Of a DNA stretch of 64,000 nucleotides, positions 9,586 through 20,015 are shown in pieces. Numbering within the stretch: the first letter of the stretch is position 1; every line of letters starts with the position of its first letter. Both the position numbers and the translations under genes were made by a program. The notes under the pieces are model-generated. The model was given only the letters and a program-made list of their open reading frames with translations. It ran no database searches and was not told the DNA's origin. The stretch lies in IMG/VR virus record IMGVR_UViG_3300033997_000136, positions 1-64,000 of that record; one strand, written 5' to 3'.

Positions 9586-11790
9586 ATGGATACTGAAGAT
9601 TATTATCAACAACTCATGGGTTTACCGGAACGCGATCCAATCAATGATTTTGAATTCATTGAATTGTACCCAACTCGCCCCAATGAGTTACATCCAGAGC
9701 TGATGAATATTGCATCGATTGCTACAAGTCCTGAGCAGTCTTCTATTGCACGTATTCAGATGTTTGGTGGTAGCCATATCAAACAACAATTAAACTGTTA
9801 CAACCTCACTGAGAGCCATATTTTTGCAGGTCCTGAGTATCGGTTAAGTGAGTATTGTTTTAATGTAACGATGCCGAACAAAGGTCGTGTGATTAACGCC
9901 CTACCACGGTATCGTGCAGGATTGGGTGGTTCTGGTGTAAAGGATAATCCTGAAACGATTCTGATTTACGAGTACGACCGAGAAGAGCTGTCTCCAGATG
10001 GTTTTCCAACAGGTCGTCTTATTAATGAATTGGATTATGTTTCGATTCCGTCGTATTTTGAAGCACACCAGCGTTTTGGGTTTATGTTTAACCACAAGTT
10101 CAAACACTACCCTGAACGGATTAATGAAGGTACTATTCTTGCACAAAGCCCAAGTATCAGTGAGACTGGATTTTGGAAATACGGTATAGAAACAAACGTA
10201 TTACCATTGTCATTATCAGGTATCATTGAGGACGGTGCTATTGCATCGAATGAGTGGTGTGAAGAAGCGACAGCGCCGTGTATTGAAACGTATGTGTTTT
10301 CCTTTGGTAGTAAACAGTTCCCACTGGGTACGTACTCAAAAGAAGGTGAGCCGTACAAAATCATGCCAGACATTGGCGAGTATGTCAATGAGGATGGTAT
10401 CCTTGTAGCACTTCGTGATTACCATGAAGAGCTTGCACCGGTACTTATGAGCACTCGTTCGGTTCATGTCATTGACCACAAGTATGACCGCTTAACGCGT
10501 GTTACTGCTGGTGCTAAAGTCATTGACATCAAAGTTCAACACGATACTCGCTTTGATGGTGGTGTGCGTGGTAAGTTTCCTAACACACCAGAGGGGATGA
10601 CTGACCAAGTTCGTTATTACTACGACCAAGGGTTAGAATACTACCGTCGTATCATGGAAACGTACGAACAAGAGCAGAAGAACGGTTACTATCGCGGCAA
10701 AGCCAATTTAACACCAAAGCTATCCCGCTTAATCTTTGAAGCACAAGGGATGTTAGGGTTAGATGGTGAACCTAACAATTATATCCGTACGTTCCGTAAC
10801 GCTGTGATTGATGAATGGCGTGTAGAAGTGACTATTCAGTACGACTATACACCAGGTATCAGTAGTAAGATTACAGGGAAACATGGGAACAAGTGCGTTA
10901 TCGTTGAGAAACGTCCACGTGCTGAAATGCCTATTGACCGTTGGGGTAATCGGGTTGACCTTATTGTAGATGGTTTAGCATTCTTTAAGCGGATGATTAT
11001 GTCTGCTCCACAAGAGCTGTTCCTTAATGCAGCAGGTCGTGATATGTTGTATCGCCTACGTCAGATGGTTGTCGATGGCAGACCGTATTCTGATTTAAGT
11101 AAATATGTGTATCACTATTACTTGATATTAAACCCAACATGGGCACCAAGTTTACTCGATGCAAATGGACTGGTTCGTCAATCGTTTATGGACGCACTTC
11201 TTGAACCAAATCGCGTGTATCCAAAACAACCCATGCCAACAAACAACGTGCAAGAACCGTTGAACATTTTGTACAACATGTGTATCTATTACCGACCGTT
11301 CAGAGCACCGGTAACGTACAAAGGAATGTCAGGTAAGTTTGTTGAAACAAAAGACCCAATGTTCGTAGGTTCAGCCTATATCCTAGTCCTTGAGAAATCA
11401 GGCGACACATGGACGGGTGTAAGTAGTGCAAAACTGAATAACTTTGGCGTACCTGCCAAGATTACCAGTAGCGACCGTTACACTTCACCAGCGCGTAACA
11501 TGCCTATTCGTTTTGGTGAGTCTGAAGGTCGATTGTTTGTAGCGACTGTAGGTCCTCGTAAGACGGCAGATTTGTTTGACCGCACGAACAGTGGTCTTGT
11601 TCGTAAGAACATACAAGAACAAATTTATCGCTCACCAACACCCACTGCGATTGAATCGTTTGTCAACCGCGATGAGTTGTCACGTGGCAATGGACGTATC
11701 CACGCGTTGGTAAAACATTTAGGTCAGTGTGATGGATGGGTGTTATCCCGTGCTGTGTTTAACATCGATGAGGAAGAAAACGATGAATAG
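9586..11790 (+). CDS. rpoB: Non-virion RNA polymerase beta subunit, C-terminal part (phiKZ gp71-73-like), uninterrupted
   Basis: KITGKHGNKCVI (GDK..GRHGNKGV equivalent), LVLEKSG, RFGESE. Confidence 0.92.
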   Translation: MDTEDYYQQLMGLPERDPINDFEFIELYPTRPNELHPELMNIASIATSPEQSSIARIQMFGGSHIKQQLNCYNLTESHIFAGPEYRLSEYCFNVTMPNKGRVINALPRYRAGLGGSGVKDNPETILIYEYDREELSPDGFPTGRLINELDYVSIPSYFEAHQRFGFMFNHKFKHYPERINEGTILAQSPSISETGFWKYGIETNVLPLSLSGIIEDGAIASNEWCEEATAPCIETYVFSFGSKQFPLGTYSKEGEPYKIMPDIGEYVNEDGILVALRDYHEELAPVLMSTRSVHVIDHKYDRLTRVTAGAKVIDIKVQHDTRFDGGVRGKFPNTPEGMTDQVRYYYDQGLEYYRRIMETYEQEQKNGYYRGKANLTPKLSRLIFEAQGMLGLDGEPNNYIRTFRNAVIDEWRVEVTIQYDYTPGISSKITGKHGNKCVIVEKRPRAEMPIDRWGNRVDLIVDGLAFFKRMIMSAPQELFLNAAGRDMLYRLRQMVVDGRPYSDLSKYVYHYYLILNPTWAPSLLDANGLVRQSFMDALLEPNRVYPKQPMPTNNVQEPLNILYNMCIYYRPFRAPVTYKGMSGKFVETKDPMFVGSAYILVLEKSGDTWTGVSSAKLNNFGVPAKITSSDRYTSPARNMPIRFGESEGRLFVATVGPRKTADLFDRTNSGLVRKNIQEQIYRSPTPTAIESFVNRDELSRGNGRIHALVKHLGQCDGWVLSRAVFNIDEEENDE

Positions 11791-13741
11791 ATACCAAGCC
11801 AGAGACATATGTCAATGGTCATTAGATCAATTGCGCGACCTTGAACCTGGAAAGATACTTCTTGAGTTTGATGATGGTGTGATTGAGACCACAGGACGTC
11901 GTACGATGTTTACGTGGTATATTTGGGAACTTCATCGCCAGTACCCTAAAACCCCTATGAAAAAGAACCATCACTACGGGATGGCTTTAACAAACGGGGA
12001 TACACACAGCAATGTGATGAACGCCGTGTATTGGGATTTGTACGATGCGTACGAAGCAAAGGGTCCATTAGAAGAAGTTTTACGATTGGCGTTTTGTATT
12101 ACAAACACTATCTACAACGACTTCAATGAATTCTGTGACCGTTATCCAGTATCTATTGATTCATTCGACATCATTGGTTTGATGGCTTATCCACCGATGA
12201 TGAAGATTATCGTAGGTATCCAAAGAACACAGCGCAGTATCGATGCAGCGTACGATGCATTTGCTCGGATGGTTCGTGAAGATAAGAACCTTCGCAGTAA
12301 TAAAATCGTTGCAGCAACGCGTGCTGGTTTGCTTTCTATGAAGCAGGTTCAGCAATGTTTCGTGTGTCGTGGTTATGCAACAGAAATCCATGGTGAGTTA
12401 TATCCAACCCCAATTATTCATGGGTTAGCACGCGGTATCCGCAGCTTATCTGAATCCATGAAAGAAGCACGTACTGCAACAAAATCGTTGTTGTACAATA
12501 AGTATTACTTAAGCGACTGTGAATACTTCAGTCGTAAGCTTCAATTAGGTGCGGGTGTTGTTGCTCATTTGTACCATGGTGACTGTGGTAGTACCTACAC
12601 ATGGGATTGGCCACTGGATGCTCGTGAGTTCGGTACAATGCAAGGGATGCATTATCTGGACGATGCTGGTGTAGTTAAAACCATTACGCGTGAATCAAAA
12701 GACTTGATTGGGAAAACGCTGCGTTTACGTGTTCCGTTTGGTTGTACACACAAAGACAGACAAACTGTCTGTTCTGTCTGTATGGGGTCTATTGCAGACA
12801 GTATACCAGCAGGTACATCACCAGGCCACATTGCTGCAATCAGTTTGGGTGAGAAGATTACTCAGATTACCTTGTCAACAAAACACGTGGATGGTAACGC
12901 AAACGTAGATGAAATCCAACTGGATGAATTCCAACAAGCGTATTTAGCACCGGGTGCTGAAACAAACACATTGCGACTAGCTTCAACGCTCAATGGTAAG
13001 TCAGTGAAGATTATCATTAACGCAGAAGAAGCCCGAGGTATTCCTTCTATCCAGCAACATCGTGATTTTGAAGGGATAAACATTCAAGACTTAAGCGAAT
13101 TGTCATCCGTTACATTTGTAGTTGAAGACATGGCTGATTCTGAATCTCCTGCGGATATCGCACAAGTGTCATGTTCCATGGGTTCGTGTTTAGCATCAAT
13201 GACAACTGACTTATTGTACTACATTAAGGAAAATAGTAGTCATGTACTGTCAGTATCGTCAAATGGGGATTATATAGTTGATTTGTGTGATTGGGACCAA
13301 GGGTTAACTATGTTTGCCCTGCCGCTTAAACACACAAGTATGATTGATTACATGAAGAGTGTGAGCAGTCATATCCTCTCTGGTGATAATAGCGCGAAGA
13401 GTACAACGGTCACGTTGTCGTCTCGTAAGTTTAAAGGTGAACCAGTTCAAGCTGTTAAATCACTTCTGTTGTTGATTAACAGTAAGATTCAAATCAATGC
13501 ATCTCACATATTCTTATTGGCGTATGCCATGAGTGCTGTTGATGCACGTAACCGCAACTACACACTACCTAGAGGTGGCGAAGCGTTTACGTTCGTTAAG
13601 TATGAAGATGCAATGACCTTCCGTTCTATTGGAACTAAACTTGTGTACCAAGACCAAGCGAAAGTATTAAGTCGCCCAGAGTCGTACACAGTGACCGACA
13701 GCAGACCGGCTGGTTTACTGGATGAAATGATACTAGGATAA
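11783..13741 (+). CDS. rpoC: Non-virion RNA polymerase beta-prime subunit, C-terminal part (phiKZ gp74-like)
   Basis: DCGS, C..K..VCSVC zinc site, GHIAAISLGEKITQITLSTKH (AAQSIGEPGTQ trigger-loop equivalent). ATG 11783 with GAGGA SD. Confidence 0.9.
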   Translation: MNRYQARDICQWSLDQLRDLEPGKILLEFDDGVIETTGRRTMFTWYIWELHRQYPKTPMKKNHHYGMALTNGDTHSNVMNAVYWDLYDAYEAKGPLEEVLRLAFCITNTIYNDFNEFCDRYPVSIDSFDIIGLMAYPPMMKIIVGIQRTQRSIDAAYDAFARMVREDKNLRSNKIVAATRAGLLSMKQVQQCFVCRGYATEIHGELYPTPIIHGLARGIRSLSESMKEARTATKSLLYNKYYLSDCEYFSRKLQLGAGVVAHLYHGDCGSTYTWDWPLDAREFGTMQGMHYLDDAGVVKTITRESKDLIGKTLRLRVPFGCTHKDRQTVCSVCMGSIADSIPAGTSPGHIAAISLGEKITQITLSTKHVDGNANVDEIQLDEFQQAYLAPGAETNTLRLASTLNGKSVKIIINAEEARGIPSIQQHRDFEGINIQDLSELSSVTFVVEDMADSESPADIAQVSCSMGSCLASMTTDLLYYIKENSSHVLSVSSNGDYIVDLCDWDQGLTMFALPLKHTSMIDYMKSVSSHILSGDNSAKSTTVTLSSRKFKGEPVQAVKSLLLLINSKIQINASHIFLLAYAMSAVDARNRNYTLPRGGEAFTFVKYEDAMTFRSIGTKLVYQDQAKVLSRPESYTVTDSRPAGLLDEMILG

Positions 13742-13745
13742 CGTA

Positions 13746-15284
13746 ATGAAACAACAAATCATCATCCGTGTGTTTTCACATGGACTCTCTATCAAAACCT
13801 CTGACTACCGTGTTCGCACGGTGTTAGAAAGCTTCCGTGAGACTGTAGCACAGTGGGACTTTAGAAAAGTCGCACCTTCATACAAAATGAAGCGGGTGAT
13901 GGTTCGTTCTTATTCAGGTCGAACAAATAACCGAATGGATTATCGGTTCCATCGTAATCAATTAAACGAATTGTTAAAACACTTTGACCATAATGGAATA
14001 CCCCGTTCATCTGTCGAAATCGTAAAGATAAAGATGTATGAACCTATCAAGGTGGAAATGAACTTAGAGTTATTTGACCCCTACGACTATCAAGTTCCAT
14101 TAATTGATTTTTGTAGCACCACAGAACAATGTACGCAAGCAATTCACTTGCAAGCAGGTCGCGGTAAAACCCAAGCGGCACTTCACATCGCAAAGCGCGG
14201 TGCAGAACGTACCATGATTCTTTTACGTGGTGGGTATGTAAGTCGTTGGGCACCTGAGATTATCAAAGCATTAAATACAAAACCTAAATCAGGTGAGTTA
14301 TTGATTATTCAAGGAGGGAAAGATTTAAGACGGGTGATTGAAGCGGCAAAGGCTGGACTGATTAGTGAAAACTTAAAGTTTGTTATCATTACAAACAAAA
14401 CAGTCTTTCAGTTGATTGAAGCGTATGAGAATAGTTACGATAAAAACGAGTATGGAATAGAACCTCAGCAACTGTATCGTTTACTGGGGATAGGTCGTGT
14501 TATTGTAGATGAGGTGCATGAAGATTTCCATTTGGTTATGCGCGCTACTATTTACAGTCACGTACCACACCACACCGTGTTATCGGCAACACTGGATACA
14601 GAAGACAGACTGAGAAAACTTCTGTATTCAATTATGTTTCCACCAGAAACGTTTGCTCCAATGGTAGCGTATAAAGCCTATATTGAAGTACGCGCCGTAC
14701 ACTATCGTTTAAAGCAACCCAAACTGTTCCACACGACTCGAAAAGGTCAAAACAAGTATTCACACAGTGCATTTGAAGAATCGCTCCTACGCAATCGTGA
14801 GGCGTTTGACGGCTATATGAAAATTATCTTTGAACGATTAGGTGTCAACTATCTGGAACCTTATCAAGGGGGTCAGAAGGCACTGGTGTTTTGTTCATTG
14901 ACTAACTTTGTAGAAGCAGTCACTACGAGACTTCGTGAAGTATACACTGACTTAGTGATTAACTCTTTTTATTCAGGAATCCCTGATAGTGTTTTAGAAA
15001 AGAGTGATATCATTGTGACTACCATTGAATCGTGTGGTACTGCACGTGATATTCCTGATTTATCGTACACACTACTTACACGTGCTGTTCGTAAATTAGA
15101 AGCCAATGAACAAATCAAAGGTCGCTTACGTGAACTGAAACGTTACCCTGGTCGACATCCTCGTTTTGATTACTTAGTGTGTGACGATATTCCAAAACAC
15201 GTTGAGTATCATAATGAGAAGAAAAATCAGTTCAAAGGGAAAGCGTTGTTTCATATTGACGAGTTTATTAGACAACCCATTTAG
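13746..15284 (+). CDS. Superfamily 2 (DExH) helicase, phiKZ gp75-like
   Basis: Walker A QAGRGKT, DEVH, SAT, helicase-C motifs TTIESCGTARDIP and QIKGRLR. Confidence 0.9.
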   Translation: MKQQIIIRVFSHGLSIKTSDYRVRTVLESFRETVAQWDFRKVAPSYKMKRVMVRSYSGRTNNRMDYRFHRNQLNELLKHFDHNGIPRSSVEIVKIKMYEPIKVEMNLELFDPYDYQVPLIDFCSTTEQCTQAIHLQAGRGKTQAALHIAKRGAERTMILLRGGYVSRWAPEIIKALNTKPKSGELLIIQGGKDLRRVIEAAKAGLISENLKFVIITNKTVFQLIEAYENSYDKNEYGIEPQQLYRLLGIGRVIVDEVHEDFHLVMRATIYSHVPHHTVLSATLDTEDRLRKLLYSIMFPPETFAPMVAYKAYIEVRAVHYRLKQPKLFHTTRKGQNKYSHSAFEESLLRNREAFDGYMKIIFERLGVNYLEPYQGGQKALVFCSLTNFVEAVTTRLREVYTDLVINSFYSGIPDSVLEKSDIIVTTIESCGTARDIPDLSYTLLTRAVRKLEANEQIKGRLRELKRYPGRHPRFDYLVCDDIPKHVEYHNEKKNQFKGKALFHIDEFIRQPI

Positions 15285-15307
15285 TAGTATAAAAAGGAAA
15301 ACGAAAT

Positions 15308-15856
15308 ATGAGTATTGGTTTAGTTGCTGCTTGTGTACTTATTGCGCTTGCCTACATTGGTATGTGCATCGAACTTACATTTGAAATTATGGAAGCCAAT
15401 AAAGAAAAAGACCCACCTACATCAATGTGGGAATACCGTCTAGGTTGTGTGTTTGTCTTCATTATGGTTTTGTTGTTTGGGTTATTTATGCGCGCTATCT
15501 TTGGCTATGCAATAATCTATACACTCATACGACCACGAGAAAATCAAACACTATCAAATGAACGCAACGTTCGTCGCTTCTTTCCAGATTCTGCAGGCAA
15601 CTACAGAGGAAAGTATACATTGCAAGACGGTGACTTAATTGATGGCGATGCGTTGTTTAAACAAATGCCAGTTCACAGTTTAGTGATGGTTGAAGTACCT
15701 AAAGGTGTAATGGCATATTTACAGTGGCATGGCGATGTTAGACTAATTGAGTCAAACACCTACTACTTAGCACGCTCACCGATTGAAATTGTTTTAACTG
15801 AAGTACCTGATGTATCGTCAGTGACTGAAGAAACCTTGTTCACATTTGCTAACTAA
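15308..15856 (+). CDS. Hypothetical membrane protein
   Basis: 182 aa; two to three hydrophobic N-terminal segments; AAGGA SD. Confidence 0.7.
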   Translation: MSIGLVAACVLIALAYIGMCIELTFEIMEANKEKDPPTSMWEYRLGCVFVFIMVLLFGLFMRAIFGYAIIYTLIRPRENQTLSNERNVRRFFPDSAGNYRGKYTLQDGDLIDGDALFKQMPVHSLVMVEVPKGVMAYLQWHGDVRLIESNTYYLARSPIEIVLTEVPDVSSVTEETLFTFAN

Positions 15857-15883
15857 GAGAGAAGGGCAATTGCCCTTCTCTCT
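15856..15883. other. Perfect 28-bp palindrome without U-tract
   Basis: agagagaagggcaattgcccttctctct; shares the gaagggcaattgcccttc core with the repeated terminator. Confidence 0.6.
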
Positions 15884-15905
15884 ATTCCCCTTTAAGGATA
15901 TAATC

Positions 15906-16301
15906 ATGGTAACAATAGCAACAGATAAGAAAGTAGTGGTGCGACACATTTGTGGACACAGTGTTACTGCTGGGTTAAACGAAAGTGTTCTTCTTGAAGG
16001 GTATTTGATTCGAGAAAGTGAAGACCCATCTTCCGATTTAATAGGTGCCGTAACACCAGTTGGGGTATTGTCTGTAACAAAGACAACCTACCCCACACAC
16101 TCACGTTACTACGTAGGAGTTGATTTAGTTCCACATTCTAAAGAAATGGAACAGTTAGTTGAACCTAGTACATACGCTAAGATTCAATCAATTATTCCTA
16201 CGTTAAAACAAATACCGTGTCCAGTACGACTTGGACACAAAGTATCTGAGTATGCAGAACAAATAGGTCTTCAATTTGAGAAAGAAGAAAAAGACGAATA
16301 A
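15906..16301 (+). CDS. Hypothetical protein
   Basis: AAGGA SD then ATG 15906 (the track start at 15846 runs through the hairpin). Confidence 0.65.
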   Translation: MVTIATDKKVVVRHICGHSVTAGLNESVLLEGYLIRESEDPSSDLIGAVTPVGVLSVTKTTYPTHSRYYVGVDLVPHSKEMEQLVEPSTYAKIQSIIPTLKQIPCPVRLGHKVSEYAEQIGLQFEKEEKDE

Positions 16302-16336
16302 GAGGAAGGGCAATTGCCCTTCCCTTTATTTTTTGT
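16288..16336. repeat. 49-bp direct repeat / bidirectional terminator, copy B
   Basis: aaaaagacgaataagaggaagggcaattgcccttccctttattttttgt, identical to 27607-27655. Confidence 0.85.
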
Positions 16337-16338
16337 CT

Positions 16339-17232
16339 TTAAAGACGATACAGAGCCAGCAAGTTACGTGATGCAGTTTCGCTCAGACCTAAACGATTGA
16401 CTAAACCACGCACATCAAATACAGCCTGTGTTTCAAGAACACCAATGTCTGCCGTGCTGGTTAGTAATGCAATCAGATGCTGATACTTGCGAGCCTTTTC
16501 AGGCGTGTTGTGCATGAAATTACGTTCACGCCAGCCACGATAAACGGCTGTTTCAGAGAACACAGTCTTACGACCTAACTTAAACTCTTCAACCAATGCG
16601 ACCCATGCATTAGAGAAACGTTCCAGGTTTTGTTCACGTAACAATGCATCAATAGCTACACACAGTTGAGTAGCACATGAAACCGCGTCACTTGCATTGT
16701 AGCTTTTGTTCAAAGCCATTTTCTGACGGAATGATACACCAACAGCTTTCACCTGTGCAACTAATGCATCAACGGGTTGTTCTGTAGAAGCACCTGTGTC
16801 AGTTGCGTTTTGGTTTTCAACACCTTCGGTCGTTTTCACTTCCAAAGATTCACCACCTGCCATCTGTTGAGCAGCTTGCGTGATAGCTGCTACAGTACCT
16901 TCAGGGTCTTTGTCATTAGCATCCAATTGGATATCCAGCGTTTTTGCTGCTTCACCAGATTGCTCTTGCGTAGCCTGTTGTTCAGACTGTTCACCAGAAG
17001 ATTCTGGCTCTTTACCATGGTCTGCTGAGTCAACGAGAGTTTGGTCTTCAGCTAAGGTTTCACCGACTAAATCGTTAGATGTAGCACCAGTTTCACCAGT
17101 TGAATCTTGCTGAGTTTGTTGCTCAGTAGATTGTTGCGATTCTTGTTGTTCGGTTTGCTGTTGTTCAGTAACCGTTTCAGTTTGTTGCTGCTCAGTTTGT
17201 GCAGCCGCTTGGTTTTGTTTCTTACTAGCCAT
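16339..17232 (-). CDS. Probable virion protein (phiKZ gp79-like) with Q/E/T-rich N-terminal half
   Basis: 297 aa downstream of the vRNAP beta-prime gene on the same strand; low-complexity TEQQ repeats. Confidence 0.6.
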   Translation of the reverse strand: MASKKQNQAAAQTEQQQTETVTEQQQTEQQESQQSTEQQTQQDSTGETGATSNDLVGETLAEDQTLVDSADHGKEPESSGEQSEQQATQEQSGEAAKTLDIQLDANDKDPEGTVAAITQAAQQMAGGESLEVKTTEGVENQNATDTGASTEQPVDALVAQVKAVGVSFRQKMALNKSYNASDAVSCATQLCVAIDALLREQNLERFSNAWVALVEEFKLGRKTVFSETAVYRGWRERNFMHNTPEKARKYQHLIALLTSTADIGVLETQAVFDVRGLVNRLGLSETASRNLLALYRL

Positions 17233-17249
17233 GGTTTTCTCCTTTGGCG

Positions 17250-18557
17250 TTAGCGCATATTGACACGGAAGTTATATGGAACTGTCTTCAGGGTTGTACC
17301 ATGCATAGATGCCATGAATATACCCATGAATATACTTGCAGGTCGAGAACCTGCTGAGGCTAATCCAGTTGGATTATTCTCATATTTCTCACCAATACAT
17401 GTTTTACAATAATTGGCGTTTGGTGCTTTGCAAAACGCGGTTGTTCGATACACAATCGATTTACCCATATAGCGAGTAATATTGTCGTTCGTTAAACGAA
17501 CAATATGCTTACCCCCTTCGATAATATTTAAACCAATCAGTTCGTTTTTATTCAAGTCACTGACAATATCATCCATACCTAACGTACTACCGCAATCATC
17601 CATTACTAGCTTAGAGTTTTGAAGTAATTGCAAGATACGTTTCACCGCTTCACCACCGAGCGCTGTTTCAGCACCTCGGTCATAACTACCCTCACGTGAA
17701 GCGTTAATAATGGTGGGGTATTGGTTTACATCAATCCCTTCAATAAGTGGTTTTGCAATCAACGTTTTACGCGTACCATCTGTAAATGCGCTTTCACCAC
17801 CAAATGTACCGAAGAGTTTCTTACGAGAGACATTCCGTAATTTCCCTTTGATAAAGAATCCTTCAGATACATCACCTTTAAGGTGCTCTCCGTCAAACTC
17901 CACGATTTCCTTATCCATCTGAGCCAGTATCGCTGGGTCATGAAGTTGTCCTTCATACTTCTTCATTAACCCTGCTACAAACTCTTTCATCTTTGGATGA
18001 GGCGTCATCGTTTTACGTGAAGCTGATGGCACACATGTCTGTGTCAGTAATGTAGCTAAATAAGACGCTTTTTGAAACTTTAAATATTCCGTTGTGGTGA
18101 TTTCACCATCAGGTGGATTAACTCCAGGTGGATACACTTTGTATAACTTAAGAATAGCGCTCTCAAGCATACCACCAGTGATTCCTTTTTCCGGGTTCAT
18201 AAACTCAATTTTGTCGTGGAATGGGAACACCAGCAAGATAGCGTTCATCAGCGCTTGACCGTACGATGTTTTTACGGTGTCTGTTTTGATATTAGGTAAA
18301 TCCCCTTTCTTTAATGTCGTCAAGTCTTTATTCATTTTAAAGACAGGTTGACATGCATCTTCAGTGGTTTCAAAATCAGAGATATCAATACGAACACCGT
18401 TTTCATCAAATACGTACGCATGAATGCCGTCGTAGTTAACGTAGTAAGGTTCAAGAATTTCTTCCCCACGTGTGTATTGAAAGGCACGTTGTATCCAACG
18501 ATACTTTTTATACAACTGAAGTTGCAATGCTTTTAGAAATAGCGCATGACGTTTCAT
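17250..18557 (-). CDS. rpoC: Virion RNA polymerase beta-prime subunit fragment (phiKZ gp80-like)
   Basis: SREGSYDRGAETALGGE bridge-helix region, DDCGS, FCKAPNANYCKTC zinc site. Confidence 0.88.
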   Translation of the reverse strand: MKRHALFLKALQLQLYKKYRWIQRAFQYTRGEEILEPYYVNYDGIHAYVFDENGVRIDISDFETTEDACQPVFKMNKDLTTLKKGDLPNIKTDTVKTSYGQALMNAILLVFPFHDKIEFMNPEKGITGGMLESAILKLYKVYPPGVNPPDGEITTTEYLKFQKASYLATLLTQTCVPSASRKTMTPHPKMKEFVAGLMKKYEGQLHDPAILAQMDKEIVEFDGEHLKGDVSEGFFIKGKLRNVSRKKLFGTFGGESAFTDGTRKTLIAKPLIEGIDVNQYPTIINASREGSYDRGAETALGGEAVKRILQLLQNSKLVMDDCGSTLGMDDIVSDLNKNELIGLNIIEGGKHIVRLTNDNITRYMGKSIVYRTTAFCKAPNANYCKTCIGEKYENNPTGLASAGSRPASIFMGIFMASMHGTTLKTVPYNFRVNMR

Positions 18558-19411
18558 ACAACACCCTTAGATGCTTTCATAAATTCAAACGAAGAAAGTT
18601 TCTGAATCAAACCAGACAGTACAGACGCATCATGAACAAACGGTTCAATCGTTCTTGAAACAACGTCTATAATGGATTCAGGAGGAATACCCATACCCAA
18701 GTGTGCAGCAATCACATCACCTACAACATCATCCGTAACTTGTGTAATACCATCATCAAAAAACTCACGCAGATAAACACCCACGTCATATCCAAGTTTA
18801 CCACCCTCTTCTCGAATAAAACGAATAAACCGAGAAGGCGTGTATTTTGTAAACCCATCTGTCTTTGTAAGTGCGATAAACGCTTTAATGTGTTTGTTGT
18901 CAAACACTTCTACTGGACGGTATTTGCGTTTGTCTAATTCAACGTTACAGTAGTCACGAATCATGGTCATACAGACTTCAGAAACTGAGGCAATAGAACC
19001 TAAGAGTGCATCAGACTGAACATCAGTTACAAATGTTGTAATTTCAAGTAAACGCTCTTCAGGAGTAAGTTCTGTTTCATCAACATACTCCACTACAGAT
19101 GCTAAATCTTCAAACGCAGTAATCGATAAGAAGACACGAAGATAGGTGATGGCTTGAAATAACGTTGCATCATCCGCTAAACACACACCATGTTCAGATA
19201 GCTTATCTAACGTAATCGATAAATAAACTTCTTCAACAGCATCTACAATACCAGACGTTTCACAACCACCAACCATTAAACTAAAAATGTAATCTAATTG
19301 GTCCAAGTGGTCTTCTATTTTAGCTTCTGCAAATAATTTATCTGCATCTAAAATAGTGTAGCCACGTGAATTAGGGGATGCGTTTTCTACTAGCTCGATA
19401 ATAGTGAGCAT
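18554..19411 (-). CDS. Conserved hypothetical protein upstream of vRNAP beta-prime (phiKZ gp81-like)
   Basis: 285 aa; ATGA overlap with the downstream gene. Confidence 0.65.
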   Translation of the reverse strand: MLTIIELVENASPNSRGYTILDADKLFAEAKIEDHLDQLDYIFSLMVGGCETSGIVDAVEEVYLSITLDKLSEHGVCLADDATLFQAITYLRVFLSITAFEDLASVVEYVDETELTPEERLLEITTFVTDVQSDALLGSIASVSEVCMTMIRDYCNVELDKRKYRPVEVFDNKHIKAFIALTKTDGFTKYTPSRFIRFIREEGGKLGYDVGVYLREFFDDGITQVTDDVVGDVIAAHLGMGIPPESIIDVVSRTIEPFVHDASVLSGLIQKLSSFEFMKASKGVV

Positions 19412-19550
19412 ATATTCTTTTCCTTATATATGTAAGGGAGTCTATAAGATTGAAAAGTGGTTTGTAAAAAAACACAGAGACTCACCCTAATATAGTCAGC
19501 TATCACACAACAAACCATTACATACATTGATTGAATAAGGATTTTTTACC

Positions 19551-20015
19551 ATGACTAAAGAACGCCAACGTCAACGCAAAGGTAAGTACCAAGCACGACA
19601 GAAGATGAAAGAAACTCAAAACATTCTGCACGACTTGTTTACACTGGATGCCAAAGTAACCAATGCGTTAAATACGCCATCTCGTTTAAACCCACTCATG
19701 TCTGATGAGACGTTAATGGCACATGCAGACAAAGCACGCGTCGTTGAATTAGCAGGTTTCATCGATGCCGATGTGCGTCGCCTAGCAGTTCGGGTTGAAG
19801 TAGTTCGTACCAAATTTAATCCAAAGTCTGTGTTTAACACAGATGCTGAAAAACATCGTGCAAACCAAATCGGTTTAGAGTTTTCTACTATTTTAGAAGA
19901 CTTTGTTGAAACTGTGGATGCTAACATTTCTACGCTGATGGATTTGTTAAATGAAGCAGCGCGTAAACGCGATGAAGCCGCTAAAGCATCACCTGAAGTG
20001 GAGACCGTAGAATGA
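19551..20015 (+). CDS. Hypothetical helical protein with basic N-terminus
   Basis: 154 aa; AAGGA SD; ATGA overlap with the next gene. Confidence 0.7.
   Translation: MTKERQRQRKGKYQARQKMKETQNILHDLFTLDAKVTNALNTPSRLNPLMSDETLMAHADKARVVELAGFIDADVRRLAVRVEVVRTKFNPKSVFNTDAEKHRANQIGLEFSTILEDFVETVDANISTLMDLLNEAARKRDEAAKASPEVETVE

Noticed and set aside
9586-13741. Group I intron, homing endonuclease or intein in RNAP genes, as in phiKZ gp71-73
   Set aside because: Both ORFs are continuous and of expected size, with no HNH, LAGLIDADG or intein terminal motifs seen. The same holds for the polymerase and DnaB genes.
19512-19521. aaaccattac (and aaacatttac at 57135-57144) as middle promoters
   Set aside because: They resemble the phiKZ middle consensus, but they are short, AT-rich and only two copies, which is not enough to call.
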